Source of the DNA: an uncultured Pseudomonadales bacterium | GTDB taxonomy: Bacteria > Patescibacteriota > Microgenomatia > UBA1400 > CG1-02-47-37 | Reading direction: 5' to 3' | DNA length: 48,295 bases | Assembly: GCA_964361885.1 (NCBI GenBank) | Contig: CAYICL010000003.1 | Coordinates: forward strand, 1 to 48,295 | In this document: positions 1 to 8,173 of the stretch, piece by piece | How positions within the stretch are numbered: the first letter of the stretch is position 1 | Layout of the letters: each line of letters begins with the position of its first letter | Translations under genes and position numbers: made by a program | Notes under the pieces: generated by a model | Told to the model about the DNA's origin: nothing | The model's input: the letters and a program-made list of their open reading frames with translations, nothing else | Database searches by the model: none

Positions 1-1002
1 GAAAACGTCCTTTACATCCTCGATCTTTATGACAGCGTTGCCCGGATCGAACAGCGCTTTTTAAGCCCGACCGTGGACACCGAAAAACTGACCACCAACT
101 TTATCTCGCCTTTAGCCGCTGACGGCCAAATTACCATCAACGGTTCTGTTGAAATTCACGGTGACGCCAGTATTTCCGGAACTTTAACTGCCAATGAAAT
201 CAAATCTTCTACCACTGACAGCTTAAAAGAAAAAATCGCTGATATTATTGCCAGTCTGGATCAGCCTAAGGCCACACCGCCAAAGTCAGCCTCAATGTCA
301 GCCACTCCCGAGGTGTTTGCAGATTTCACCTCGGGAGTGAGTTCACCTTCTGCCTACTTGGATATTGACAGTCTTAATGCTGACTCCGGCTTTTTCTCCG
401 AATACTTGGCTGTCTTAGGTTCAGCCGCCATTACCAGCTTAAATGTTACCAATAGTTTAACCATTAATAACCAGTTGTTACTGACTGCCAACTCGCTTTC
501 AGGTCTGGATAATCAACTTTTCCTCCAACCTTCAGGCACCGGCTCGATCAACTTTCTGGCAGGCTTAATGACTTTGTCTGACGCCGGTCTGGTTACCATC
601 ACCGGTAACTTAACTGTCACCGGCACTTTAACCGCTACTTATATCGCTCCTCCATTAGAGCAAGATCTGCAAATTAACATTGCCAGCCAATCGGCTGTGG
701 CAATCTATAATCAAATATCCGGCTCTCAAATAGCTTCAATTGATGCTTCCGGTTCAGCCTCTTTTAACCGATTAAATCTAAAAGCCTCAGGCTCAACCTC
801 GATTCTGGCCGGCGAAAATCACGTGATGATTAACTCCGATGCTCTCACTCAAACTTCCCAAATTATCGTTACCTTTACTTCCGACTACAAACCGGCCTCA
901 AAATACTGGGTGGTTAAAGAACCTGCCAACCAACACTTTACTCTCTTTGTCAACTACCCGGTCAACTCCGACACTTTTCTCGACTGGTTGATTATTAACT
1001 AG
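1..1002 (+). CDS. Secreted/surface repeat protein, 5'-partial (frame 1 is open from the window edge; the listed GTG at 73 is probably internal)
   Basis: Frame 1 has no stop from nt 1. The protein is Thr/Ser/Gly/Asn-rich with repeats such as SGTLTANEI and TGNLTVTGTLTAT, which look beta-helix or fibre-like. It carries an in-frame 37-nt palindromic cassette at 303-339. Confidence 0.5.
   Translation, partial: ENVLYILDLYDSVARIEQRFLSPTVDTEKLTTNFISPLAADGQITINGSVEIHGDASISGTLTANEIKSSTTDSLKEKIADIIASLDQPKATPPKSASMSATPEVFADFTSGVSSPSAYLDIDSLNADSGFFSEYLAVLGSAAITSLNVTNSLTINNQLLLTANSLSGLDNQLFLQPSGTGSINFLAGLMTLSDAGLVTITGNLTVTGTLTATYIAPPLEQDLQINIASQSAVAIYNQISGSQIASIDASGSASFNRLNLKASGSTSILAGENHVMINSDALTQTSQIIVTFTSDYKPASKYWVVKEPANQHFTLFVNYPVNSDTFLDWLIIN
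303..339. repeat. Family-2 palindromic doublet CACTCCCGAGGTG-N11-CACCTCGGGAGTG (37 nt) in the surface-protein gene
   Basis: Read directly. Encodes TPEVFADFTSGV. Confidence 0.9.
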
Positions 1003-1145
1003 TCAGTTTAAAAATATTAATTTTAATCATATAATAACTTTAAAGTTCGCATATTAGCTAGTTAGATATAATTCCGAACCCCACCCCTAAGACAAAAATT
1101 TTCAAGGGAAGGAATTATTTTAGACTGAGGGTAGATTAAAGTATT

Positions 1146-1550
1146 ATGGGAGAAAAGAAGAACAATAAAAAGGAAAACCCTGAGGAGTTAAATGCTTATG
1201 ATATAAAAATAAGCCAAATCAATCATAGCGTTTCCAAACTCACAGAGTTCACTTATGAATTGAAAGAATCTATCAACCAATTTAATAAGGCATCTTTGTC
1301 ACATTCTAACGTCTTGAAGAGACTAACTTGGGCCTTGATTGGACTAACAATCATTCTCGTAGTATTGGCTGGTATACAGGTTTATCTGCTAACAGCGGAT
1401 AAAAGGGAAATTAAAGATTTTCCCAAATTGCCTTCGGCAACTTCATCCGCGGACGTTATATCCTTACCTCCCCTAACACCTGTTCCACCTGAATATCTAT
1501 TAACTCCACTCTGTCTTTTTCCTCCCAGACTCCATTACCCTTTAAACTAA
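1146..1550 (+). CDS. Small hypothetical membrane protein (one TM helix)
   Basis: AT-rich ORF with a Lys-rich N-terminus and the TM segment LTWALIGLTIILVVLAGIQVYLL. Its last 95 nt overlap the convergent gene 1456-3024, so the real extent is uncertain. Confidence 0.35.
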   Translation: MGEKKNNKKENPEELNAYDIKISQINHSVSKLTEFTYELKESINQFNKASLSHSNVLKRLTWALIGLTIILVVLAGIQVYLLTADKREIKDFPKLPSATSSADVISLPPLTPVPPEYLLTPLCLFPPRLHYPLN

Positions 1551-3024
1551 TTCTGATTATCTCACCACAATCTCCGTCTGGCTGGCACGGCTTAGCTTGA
1601 TTCACCAACACCTCATCACCGCTGATTGCTATTTGCCCGGAAAAAGGCAAAAGGTAATGTTTCTCCACTCTGCTTGCCTCTACTGCCGGATAATCCACGA
1701 TTATCTGCCGACCGTTAACCTTGGCTAAGATATACTTATTATCTGCTGATATCTGCACTTTAGCCTTACTCCCTAAAGCCTCATACTTTAGCCCTGACTC
1801 ACCCTTGATATTGTAAAAATAGCTGCCGGACGAGTCTGAATAAAAAATGGTCTGGTCTGTCAGCCAGCCGAAACTGCTTGGTTCTGTCTCCAATTTTAAT
1901 TGCTTCACCCCCATCTCTTTATCCTCACCACACTCGGCCGCATACAAGCCCCAGGACGTCTCTTTAGCTTTGCCAAAAAATATGAGCTGCCTGTCTCCCC
2001 AAAAATCTGCCATCGGTCGATTATCCGTTTCTTTTACTTCCAGCCTTTCTCCGTCATAAAATATCGCTCCTTCTCCGCAAACTGCCTCATTACTGATATA
2101 TCTAATCTGCTTGTCTTCAATATATACCAGCATCAAACCATTGTCGGATAACCTAAACTTGTCCGTATCTACCTCATAAACCGGTTCAATCACTGCTGTG
2201 GCTGCTTTATCCTTGACTGAATATCTCTCCAAAGCTTTTTTCTCCGGCTTTAAGTAAAAAATATTGCCTTGGTTAATCACAAACTGACGCTTCTTCTCTG
2301 TTGATAGATTACTTTTGACTACCAGTTTAAACCTTTCCGGATCATATAAACTTAAGCCTGTTGCTGTCTGTAAAACTAACATTGACTCCGGCTGATATAA
2401 CCTGACGCCCACCTTGGCTTCAAAACCTTGATTGTTTAAGCTGATCTTCTGCCATTGGCTGGGTAAAAACTCGTCTCTTTCCTCTCCCGTTTTTACTAAT
2501 TGGTAATAGTTTAGCCAGGAAAAATCATCGGTGGCTGCCTGATCTTCCAGCTCATAATTTACAAACCGGACTTCATAATCACCTTCAGCCAAATCAGTAA
2601 TTGTCACCAACCCCTGGACATCACTGGGAACTGTTCTTAAACTGGTTTTATCCCCTGTTCTTCTGATCGTAACGGAAATATCTTTAAACACTGTTTCTTG
2701 ATAATCAAACACCCCGTTGCTGTTCTTATCATCAAAAAACAACCACATCATCTGGCCCGGCTTTGGCTCAATCTTTATCGGTATATAAGCTTCGTTAACC
2801 GGTTGGCTGCCTGACTTTTTCGGCCACACTTGTTCCAGAACAGTCACCGTAATCGCTAACAATATTAAGCTGCCAAAACTTACCAGCGCTACCAGTTTAA
2901 ACTTAGCCTTTTCTTTAACTCCCACCCTTAACCGCGTGAGCCAGCCGGCCTTTTGACTGGCTTCCGTCTCTAATCTCTTCTTATCACTGTCTTCAAAAAA
3001 CTGTTGTTCTAAATCCTCCTCCAT
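1456..3024 (-). CDS. Membrane-anchored hypothetical protein with a beta-rich extracytoplasmic domain
   Basis: 522-aa ORF with an N-terminal TM segment (LVALVSFGSLILLAITVTVL). No catalytic motif recognised. Confidence 0.6.
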   Translation of the reverse strand: MEEDLEQQFFEDSDKKRLETEASQKAGWLTRLRVGVKEKAKFKLVALVSFGSLILLAITVTVLEQVWPKKSGSQPVNEAYIPIKIEPKPGQMMWLFFDDKNSNGVFDYQETVFKDISVTIRRTGDKTSLRTVPSDVQGLVTITDLAEGDYEVRFVNYELEDQAATDDFSWLNYYQLVKTGEERDEFLPSQWQKISLNNQGFEAKVGVRLYQPESMLVLQTATGLSLYDPERFKLVVKSNLSTEKKRQFVINQGNIFYLKPEKKALERYSVKDKAATAVIEPVYEVDTDKFRLSDNGLMLVYIEDKQIRYISNEAVCGEGAIFYDGERLEVKETDNRPMADFWGDRQLIFFGKAKETSWGLYAAECGEDKEMGVKQLKLETEPSSFGWLTDQTIFYSDSSGSYFYNIKGESGLKYEALGSKAKVQISADNKYILAKVNGRQIIVDYPAVEASRVEKHYLLPFSGQIAISGDEVLVNQAKPCQPDGDCGEIIRISLKGNGVWEEKDRVELIDIQVEQVLGEVRI

Positions 3025-3058
3025 ATTTTAATTGTAGTATAATATCACTAACTAATCT

Positions 3059-4342
3059 ATGCGCCGCACTCCGCGTTTACTTATTGCCATTATCTTTATT
3101 ATCGTCTTGGCCGCCGGGATTACTCTGGCGATCAAAATTGCCAAAGGCTACCGGCCTTCTTTAAAAAACAAGTCCTTAGAAGGCACCGGCTTACTCTCCG
3201 CCAACTCCACTCCCCGGGGCGCCAGTGTCTTTATTAACGATAAACTTACCACCGCTACTGACGACACCTTGAACTTACCTCCCGGCGAATACCGGGTCAA
3301 AATCGCTCAGGATGGCTACATTTCCTGGGAAAAAACCCTGGTTTTGGTGCCTGAACTGGTGACTCAAACCAACGCCCGCCTCTTTCCTTCTGTACCCGAT
3401 TTAAAACCCTTAACCTTTTCCGGGGCTTTAAACGCCATCCCTTCGCCGGATGGTCAAAAATTAGTCTTTGGTGTTGACAATGCTACTACTGATACCAAAA
3501 ATGGTCTGTATGTTGTTGACCTCCAAGATCGGCCCTTTTCTCTCAACTCTGATCCCCGCCAAATCACCCGTAACTCGCAAAAATATGACTTTATTCATGC
3601 TCCGCTCACCTGGTCTCCTGACTCTTCCCAAATTTTGGCCACTTTAAATTCCGGCCAGTTGGACGAAACCAATGTTTTAATCAGCAGCTCATCCTTTAAC
3701 GATATTGCTGATTTAAAAGATGTCACTGCCCGTTTGCCGGTCATTATTAAAGAATGGCAGGATCTTTTAGATAAAAAAGATCATGAAAGAATGATCGTCT
3801 TACCGGAATTCATCCAAAAACTGGCCACTCAGTCAGCCAAATTAGCTTACTTTTCTCCGGACGAAGATAAGTTGATGTATACTGCCACTGCTGAAATTAC
3901 TATCCCGGAAAAACTCATCACTCCTCTACCCTCCAACTCCACTCAAACTGAAACCAGAAACTTAAAACCGGGCAAAATCTATATCTATGATATTGAAGAA
4001 GACAAAAACTTTCTTATTGCCGACGCTCCCCAGCCGCCAACTAAACCGGCTCCTGCTAAACCGGCTCCTGTTGATCAATTAAAACAAATTGCCAACCGTT
4101 ATTCGGCTATTTTTACCCAACCGATCCAGTGGTATCCTGACTCCCGCCACGTTATTATTGTCGAAGCTGACAAAATCATTATCAGTGAATATGACGGCAC
4201 CAACCGCCAAACTGTTTATGCCGGCCCTTTTGCTCAAAACTTCGCCTTCCCTTGGCCCAACGGCAGCCGCCTGGTTATTCTGGCTTCTCTAAACGGCGGC
4301 ACTAACCTATCTCCTAATCTCTACTCGATCAACCTGAAGTAA
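3059..4342 (+). CDS. PEGA-domain protein with TolB-like beta-propeller repeats
   Basis: N-terminal TM helix; PEGA-like segment STPRGASVFINDK...LPPGEYRVKIAQDGYISWEKTLVL; repeated WSPDSSQ and WYPDSRH propeller-type motifs; KPAPA/KPAPV tandem duplication at 4043-4072. Confidence 0.65.
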   Translation: MRRTPRLLIAIIFIIVLAAGITLAIKIAKGYRPSLKNKSLEGTGLLSANSTPRGASVFINDKLTTATDDTLNLPPGEYRVKIAQDGYISWEKTLVLVPELVTQTNARLFPSVPDLKPLTFSGALNAIPSPDGQKLVFGVDNATTDTKNGLYVVDLQDRPFSLNSDPRQITRNSQKYDFIHAPLTWSPDSSQILATLNSGQLDETNVLISSSSFNDIADLKDVTARLPVIIKEWQDLLDKKDHERMIVLPEFIQKLATQSAKLAYFSPDEDKLMYTATAEITIPEKLITPLPSNSTQTETRNLKPGKIYIYDIEEDKNFLIADAPQPPTKPAPAKPAPVDQLKQIANRYSAIFTQPIQWYPDSRHVIIVEADKIIISEYDGTNRQTVYAGPFAQNFAFPWPNGSRLVILASLNGGTNLSPNLYSINLK

Positions 4343-4358
4343 TTAACTTAGGTTACTT

Positions 4359-4907
4359 ATGCCGCAAAGTTATACAAAACTCTTTACTTACTGGTTTAGT
4401 TTAATAATTTACGATTTAACTGTGGAGTTTTGCCAACGTTGGATAAAAAGCTACAAACTTTCCGAACAAATGACCGGCGCCGCTCGCTCCGGAAAACAAA
4501 ATATCGTTGAAGGTTCTGAAGACATGTCAACTTCTTTAAAAACCGCCATTAAACTAACTAATATCGCTAAAGGCTCATTAGAAGAGTTACTCTCTGACTA
4601 CGAGGATTTTTTACGTCAAAGAAATCTGCTAATATGGACTAAAACCGACTCGCGCGTTCTTTTTTGGCGGGCAAAATTCGCCCGTCTCGTAAGAAACTTA
4701 AGTAACTTAAGAACCTTAGGTGGCTTACGAGGGCAGCTAACGCTGCCCAAAAATCCTGAAGAAGCCGCCAACCTACTTCTAACCCTTTGCCATCAAGCTT
4801 CATTTTTACTTAACAAACAAGTACAATCACTTATCAAAAAACACACCCAAGAAGGCGGATTTACTGAAAAACTTTATCATGCCAGAAAAACATATGCGCA
4901 TCATTAA
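4359..4907 (+). CDS. Four-helix-bundle protein (23S rRNA intervening-sequence protein family) with suffix domain
   Basis: AARSGKQNIVEGSE...IAKGSLEELLSDYEDFLRQRNL...PEEAANLLLTLCHQASFLLNKQ...EGGFTEKLYHARK matches my memory of this family. Confidence 0.65.
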   Translation: MPQSYTKLFTYWFSLIIYDLTVEFCQRWIKSYKLSEQMTGAARSGKQNIVEGSEDMSTSLKTAIKLTNIAKGSLEELLSDYEDFLRQRNLLIWTKTDSRVLFWRAKFARLVRNLSNLRTLGGLRGQLTLPKNPEEAANLLLTLCHQASFLLNKQVQSLIKKHTQEGGFTEKLYHARKTYAHH

Positions 4908-5991
4908 AACGACTCAAAAAAATGTCATTAGTGAGACCGTTCAAGTCTTAAAACTTGGCGGTCTGGTCATCTATCCTACCGAAACCTGCTATGGCGCCGG
5001 CGTTGACCCCACCAATCAGCCGGCAGTTAATAAACTTTTAGCCTACAAACATAAGCGCGAAGGCCGGCCGATATCTGTGGCCGTGGCTGATGAACCAATG
5101 GCCAGCAAATACGTTAAATTAAATCCCACGGCTAAAAATTTATATCAAAAATTCCTGCCCGGACCATTGACCGTTGTTTCCGCCGGCCGTCATCAACTCG
5201 CCTCTGGCATCGAGTCAGAACTCGGCACTCTTGGTATCCGGATTCCTGACCACCTGCTGGCTTTGGCAATTGTCAAAAAATTCGGTAAACCAATCACTGC
5301 CACCTCTGCCAATGTTTCTTATAAACCCCGGCCTTACTCGATCAAACAACTCTTAAAAAATACTTCCAAAAAACAGCAAAGCTTAATTGATTTAATTATT
5401 GACGCCGGCCAGTTACCCAAACGGCCGGTGTCCACCATTGTCGATACCACTCTTGACGACCCGCTAATCATCCGCCAAGGCAAAATTACTCTATCACCCC
5501 TATCACACCTCGGGAGTGTGATCAGGGTGATCAGTAAATCGCCGCAGCAAACCATTAAGTTGGCTCAAACCCTTTGTCTTAAATACTGGAAAGACCTGCA
5601 GACCAAACCGATTATTTTTCTTCTCATCGGCGAGTTAGGCACTGGCAAAACCCAGTTTTGCAAAGGCATCGGAAAATTCTTACAAATCAAGGCCAATATC
5701 AATTCCCCCACGTATACTATTGAAAAAGAATACGACTTTAACCGTTATCAAGTTAAAGGCAGGTTTTTGCACTTAGACACCTGGCGTTTACAAAACATCG
5801 AGGAATTTGATCAACTAAACCTTAAAGCCCGCTTCCTGCCTAAAACCGTCATCGCTGTTGAATGGGCTTCAAGAACCTTAAAACCCCTTTTAGATCTGGC
5901 TCGTCAAACCCAGACTAAAGTCATTATGGTTAAACTGCAAACCGTTTCCGGATCTTCTGCATCTCTTCGGCAGATAACCGTCTGCTGCTAG
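4879..5991 (+). CDS. tsaC: Fusion protein: L-threonylcarbamoyladenylate synthase (TsaC/YrdC/Sua5 domain) plus t6A ATPase TsaE
   Basis: N-terminal half has LKLGGLVIYPTETCYGAGVD (YrdC motif). C-terminal half has the P-loop GELGTGKTQFCKGIG, SPTYTIEKEY and HLDTWRL (TsaE motifs). An alternative start ATG at 4894 (MRIIKT) is plausible. Confidence 0.8.
   Translation: MPEKHMRIIKTTQKNVISETVQVLKLGGLVIYPTETCYGAGVDPTNQPAVNKLLAYKHKREGRPISVAVADEPMASKYVKLNPTAKNLYQKFLPGPLTVVSAGRHQLASGIESELGTLGIRIPDHLLALAIVKKFGKPITATSANVSYKPRPYSIKQLLKNTSKKQQSLIDLIIDAGQLPKRPVSTIVDTTLDDPLIIRQGKITLSPLSHLGSVIRVISKSPQQTIKLAQTLCLKYWKDLQTKPIIFLLIGELGTGKTQFCKGIGKFLQIKANINSPTYTIEKEYDFNRYQVKGRFLHLDTWRLQNIEEFDQLNLKARFLPKTVIAVEWASRTLKPLLDLARQTQTKVIMVKLQTVSGSSASLRQITVCC
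5493..5533. repeat. 41-nt imperfect palindrome centred on CACCTCGGGAGTG, forming the TsaC-TsaE inter-domain linker
   Basis: ATCACCCCTATCACAC-CTCGGGAG-TGTGATCAGGGTGATCA. The arms match at 14 of 16 positions. Confidence 0.75.
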
Positions 5992-6331
5992 CCGCTTTCC
6001 GCCAACCTTCCCAGATTTTATCCCAGCTTCCTTTTGTATCCGGCATTAAATGTAAATGGGCATGGGCTACTTCATTGCCGATAGTCACGCTCACCACCAT
6101 TTCTTTGCCGGAAACAGTTTGCATTTTTTTAACGATTTTCTGGGCCACTTTGTATAAGTCACCAATACCTTCAAGCTCCCAAACCCAACGATAATGTTTT
6201 TTAGGAATTACTAAAGTATGGCCATCCACTATCTGGGAAATATCCAAAAAAGCCAACCAATCCTTATCCTCGTAAATTTTATAGCAGGGAATCTCTCCTT
6301 TAACAATCTTGCAAAAAATGCAACTGGTCAT
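5930..6331 (-). CDS. HIT (histidine triad) family nucleotide hydrolase
   Basis: CIFCKIVKGEIP...DGHTLVIPKKH...HAHLHLMP histidine-triad motif. Confidence 0.85.
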   Translation of the reverse strand: MTSCIFCKIVKGEIPCYKIYEDKDWLAFLDISQIVDGHTLVIPKKHYRWVWELEGIGDLYKVAQKIVKKMQTVSGKEMVVSVTIGNEVAHAHLHLMPDTKGSWDKIWEGWRKAASSRRLSAEEMQKIRKRFAV

Positions 6332-6339
6332 ATATAAAG

Positions 6340-6345
6340 TATAAT
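6340..6345 (+). promoter_or_regulatory. -10 box (TATAAT) 7 nt upstream of ATG 6353 (tsaD), suggesting a leaderless start
   Basis: Read directly in the 21-nt HIT/tsaD divergent spacer. Confidence 0.35.
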
Positions 6346-6352
6346 ACCATAT

Positions 6353-7473
6353 ATGAAATCGCCATTAATTTAGCCATCGACACTTCCTGCGACGAAACCT
6401 GCGCCAGTGTTTCTTTTGGCCGCCGGATTTTATCCAATGTCATCTCTTCCCAAATCAACATTCACCAAAAATATGGCGGCGTTGTCCCGCACCTGGCCAA
6501 ACGGGCCCATCAGGAAAAAATCGAGCCTGTCGTTAAAGAGGCAATAAAAAGGTCTGTCCTTAAAGGACTCAAGTTGCGTCAGCAACCTGAAAAGAATTCA
6601 AAAAGGACAGACCTTTCTGGAATAAGCGCCATCGCCGTCACCGTCGGTCCGGGCTTGGCTCCGGCCCTTGAAGTTGGTATTAACTTTGCCAAAAATCTTG
6701 CCCGCCGGCTCAAACTCCCGTTAATTGCTGTCAATCATATGGAAGGCCACCTCTTATCCTGCCTTGCCTTGCCTCACACTCCCGGAGTGAAATCTTCAAA
6801 CACTCCGGGAGTGAAATTCCCCGCTCTCGGCCTGCTCGTCTCCGGTGGTCACACCCAGTTGGTTTTAGTCAAATCCATTGGTCTATACCAACTTTTGGGT
6901 GAAACTTTGGATGATGCAGCCGGTGAAGCTTTGGATAAGCTTAGTAAAATGTTAAAACTCGGCTATCCCGGCGGCCCGATTATCGAACAACTAGCTAAAC
7001 AATCCGCCGGCTGGCGGACCAGCACCATCCCCTTACCCGTCCCTTTGCAACATTCCCAAGACTTAAACTTCTCTTTTTCCGGTTTAAAAACCGCGGCTCT
7101 TTATACCATTCAAAAAGTTTACAAAGGACGGACCTTTGTAAAAAAACAATTCACTTACGACTTATGCGCTGCTTTCCAAACTGCCATTGCTAAAAGCTTA
7201 ACTGTCAAACTCCAAAAAGCGATTGAGCAATACCAACCAAAAAGCATTTTGTTAGGCGGCGGGGTGTTTTCCAATTTATATTTCCGTCGCCAAATCCGCT
7301 CGGCTGTTAAACCATTTCAACTACCTCTTTATCTTCCCTATTCCAAAAAACTTTTTACTGACAATGCTGCCATGATTGCCGTTCCCGCTTACTTTAAATT
7401 TCTTAAAAAAGACTTTGTCAAAAACATTAAGACCCTGGACCGCCAACCAAACCTTAACTTTGATACAATATAG
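6353..7473 (+). CDS. tsaD: tRNA N6-adenosine threonylcarbamoyltransferase TsaD (Kae1/Gcp family), with apparent 1-nt frame problem at codon 2-3
   Basis: The conserved N-terminus LAIDTSCDETCASV...GGVVPHLAKRAH...AVTVGPGL lies in frame 1 upstream of the listed TTG at 6574. HMEGH metal site and SGGHTQL are present. The only nearby ATG (6353) is one base out of frame. Confidence 0.8.
6548..6616. repeat. 69-nt palindromic cassette inside tsaD (14-bp perfect inverted repeat AAAGGTCTGTCCTT / AAGGACAGACCTTT), REP-core variant
   Basis: Read directly. Inner hairpin GTTGC-GTCA-GCAAC at 6573-6586. Encodes KRSVLKGLKLRQQPEKNSKRTDL. Confidence 0.85.
6777..6813. repeat. Family-2 doublet variant CACTCCCGGAGTG-N11-CACTCCGGGAGTG in tsaD
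   Basis: Read directly. Encodes TPGVKSSNTPGV. The spacer is the reverse complement, 10 of 11 nt, of the 303-339 spacer. Confidence 0.85.
7117..7143. repeat. REP copy (GTTTACAAAGGACGGACCTTTGTAAA) inside tsaD, in frame (VYKGRTFVK)
   Basis: Direct reading. 10-bp stem TTTACAAAGG/CCTTTGTAAA around ACGGA. Confidence 0.9.
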
Positions 7474-7477
7474 GCAA

Positions 7478-7552
7478 GTCCCTATAGCTCAACGGATAGA
7501 GCCCAGGTTTCCTAAACCTGTAATGAAGGTTCAATTCCTTCTGGGGACACCA
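7478..7552 (+). tRNA. tRNA-Arg (anticodon CCT), CCA encoded
   Basis: Manual cloverleaf: acceptor GTCCCTA/TGGGGAC, D arm GCTC-AACGGATA-GAGC, anticodon arm CAGGT-TTCCTAA-ACCTG, T arm GAAGG-TTCAATT-CCTTC, discriminator A plus CCA. Confidence 0.85.
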
Positions 7553-7553
7553 C

Positions 7554-8048
7554 TTATCGCTTCACTACCTTGCCAGCTGAGTTTAAGCATTCCGGCACCA
7601 TATCTTTAGGAAAATCATAACCTTCAATTTTGGCACACTCCGGCTGAGCTTGACCAGCATAAACAGCCACCCAACCAGAAGTAGTTTTCGCCGCCAGCCA
7701 GTAAGCACCGCCGACCGCCTCATACTCTTTGATATTACCGGTAGCGTGATTAGCCACGCGCCGGTTAATCGTAACTTCTGCCATGGCTTCGTTCAGATGG
7801 GTAAAGCGATAAACTGCTTGTTTAATTAACTCTGTTTCGTCAACAATAACCGCTGGAACCAATGAAGGACTGGGACTGGATCTCGGTACCAACGAAGGCT
7901 CAACTGACGATTCCGGGGAAACGCTGGCTAAAGGACTGGGTGAAACAGTCGGCTGCTGCTGCTTCCCAAAATAAAAAGCACCCATTCCCACCAAACTCAA
8001 AAGTCCCAAGCAAATAATAATTACCAAAACTTTGGTTTTTTTATCCAT
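7554..8048 (-). CDS. Membrane-anchored hypothetical protein with Ser/Pro-rich linker
   Basis: N-terminal TM helix (VLVIIICLGLLSLVGMGAFYF), then an SPSP-rich low-complexity linker and a small globular C-terminal domain. Confidence 0.55.
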   Translation of the reverse strand: MDKKTKVLVIIICLGLLSLVGMGAFYFGKQQQPTVSPSPLASVSPESSVEPSLVPRSSPSPSLVPAVIVDETELIKQAVYRFTHLNEAMAEVTINRRVANHATGNIKEYEAVGGAYWLAAKTTSGWVAVYAGQAQPECAKIEGYDFPKDMVPECLNSAGKVVKR

Positions 8049-8091
8049 CTAGTTTGGGATTATGATACAGTATAATAATAAAGTCAAACAG

Positions 8092-8167
8092 CGGGGTGTA
8101 GCGCAGTTGGTAGCGCGCTACGTTCGGGACGTAGAGGCCGGCGGTTCGAATCCGCCCACCCCGACCA
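8092..8167 (+). tRNA. tRNA-Pro (anticodon CGG), CCA encoded
   Basis: Manual cloverleaf: acceptor CGGGGTG/CACCCCG, D arm GCGC-AGTTGGTA-GCGC, anticodon arm CTACG-TTCGGGA-CGTAG, T arm GGCGG-TTCGAAT-CCGCC, then A plus CCA. Confidence 0.85.
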
Positions 8168-8173
8168 GAAATA

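Noticed and set aside
1-25. AAAACGTCCTTTACATCC at the window edge has partial similarity to the REP arm.
   Set aside because: Only about 8 contiguous matching bases, truncated by the window boundary. It cannot be distinguished from chance.
3208-3227. CACTCCCCGGGGCGCCAGTG in the PEGA protein gene resembles a family-2 arm.
   Set aside because: It encodes STPRGASV, which is the native P-x-GA-x-V signature at the start of PEGA domains. It has no partner arm and no 13+11+13 architecture.
4666-4748. A cluster of small inverted repeats (CTCGTAAG/CTTACGAG, GGGCAG/CTGCCC) in the four-helix-bundle gene could be another inserted cassette.
   Set aside because: The encoded region, up to PEEAAN...HQASFLLNKQ, corresponds to the variable part of the known four-helix-bundle suffix domain. 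The stems are short (6-8 bp) and unrelated to the other families.
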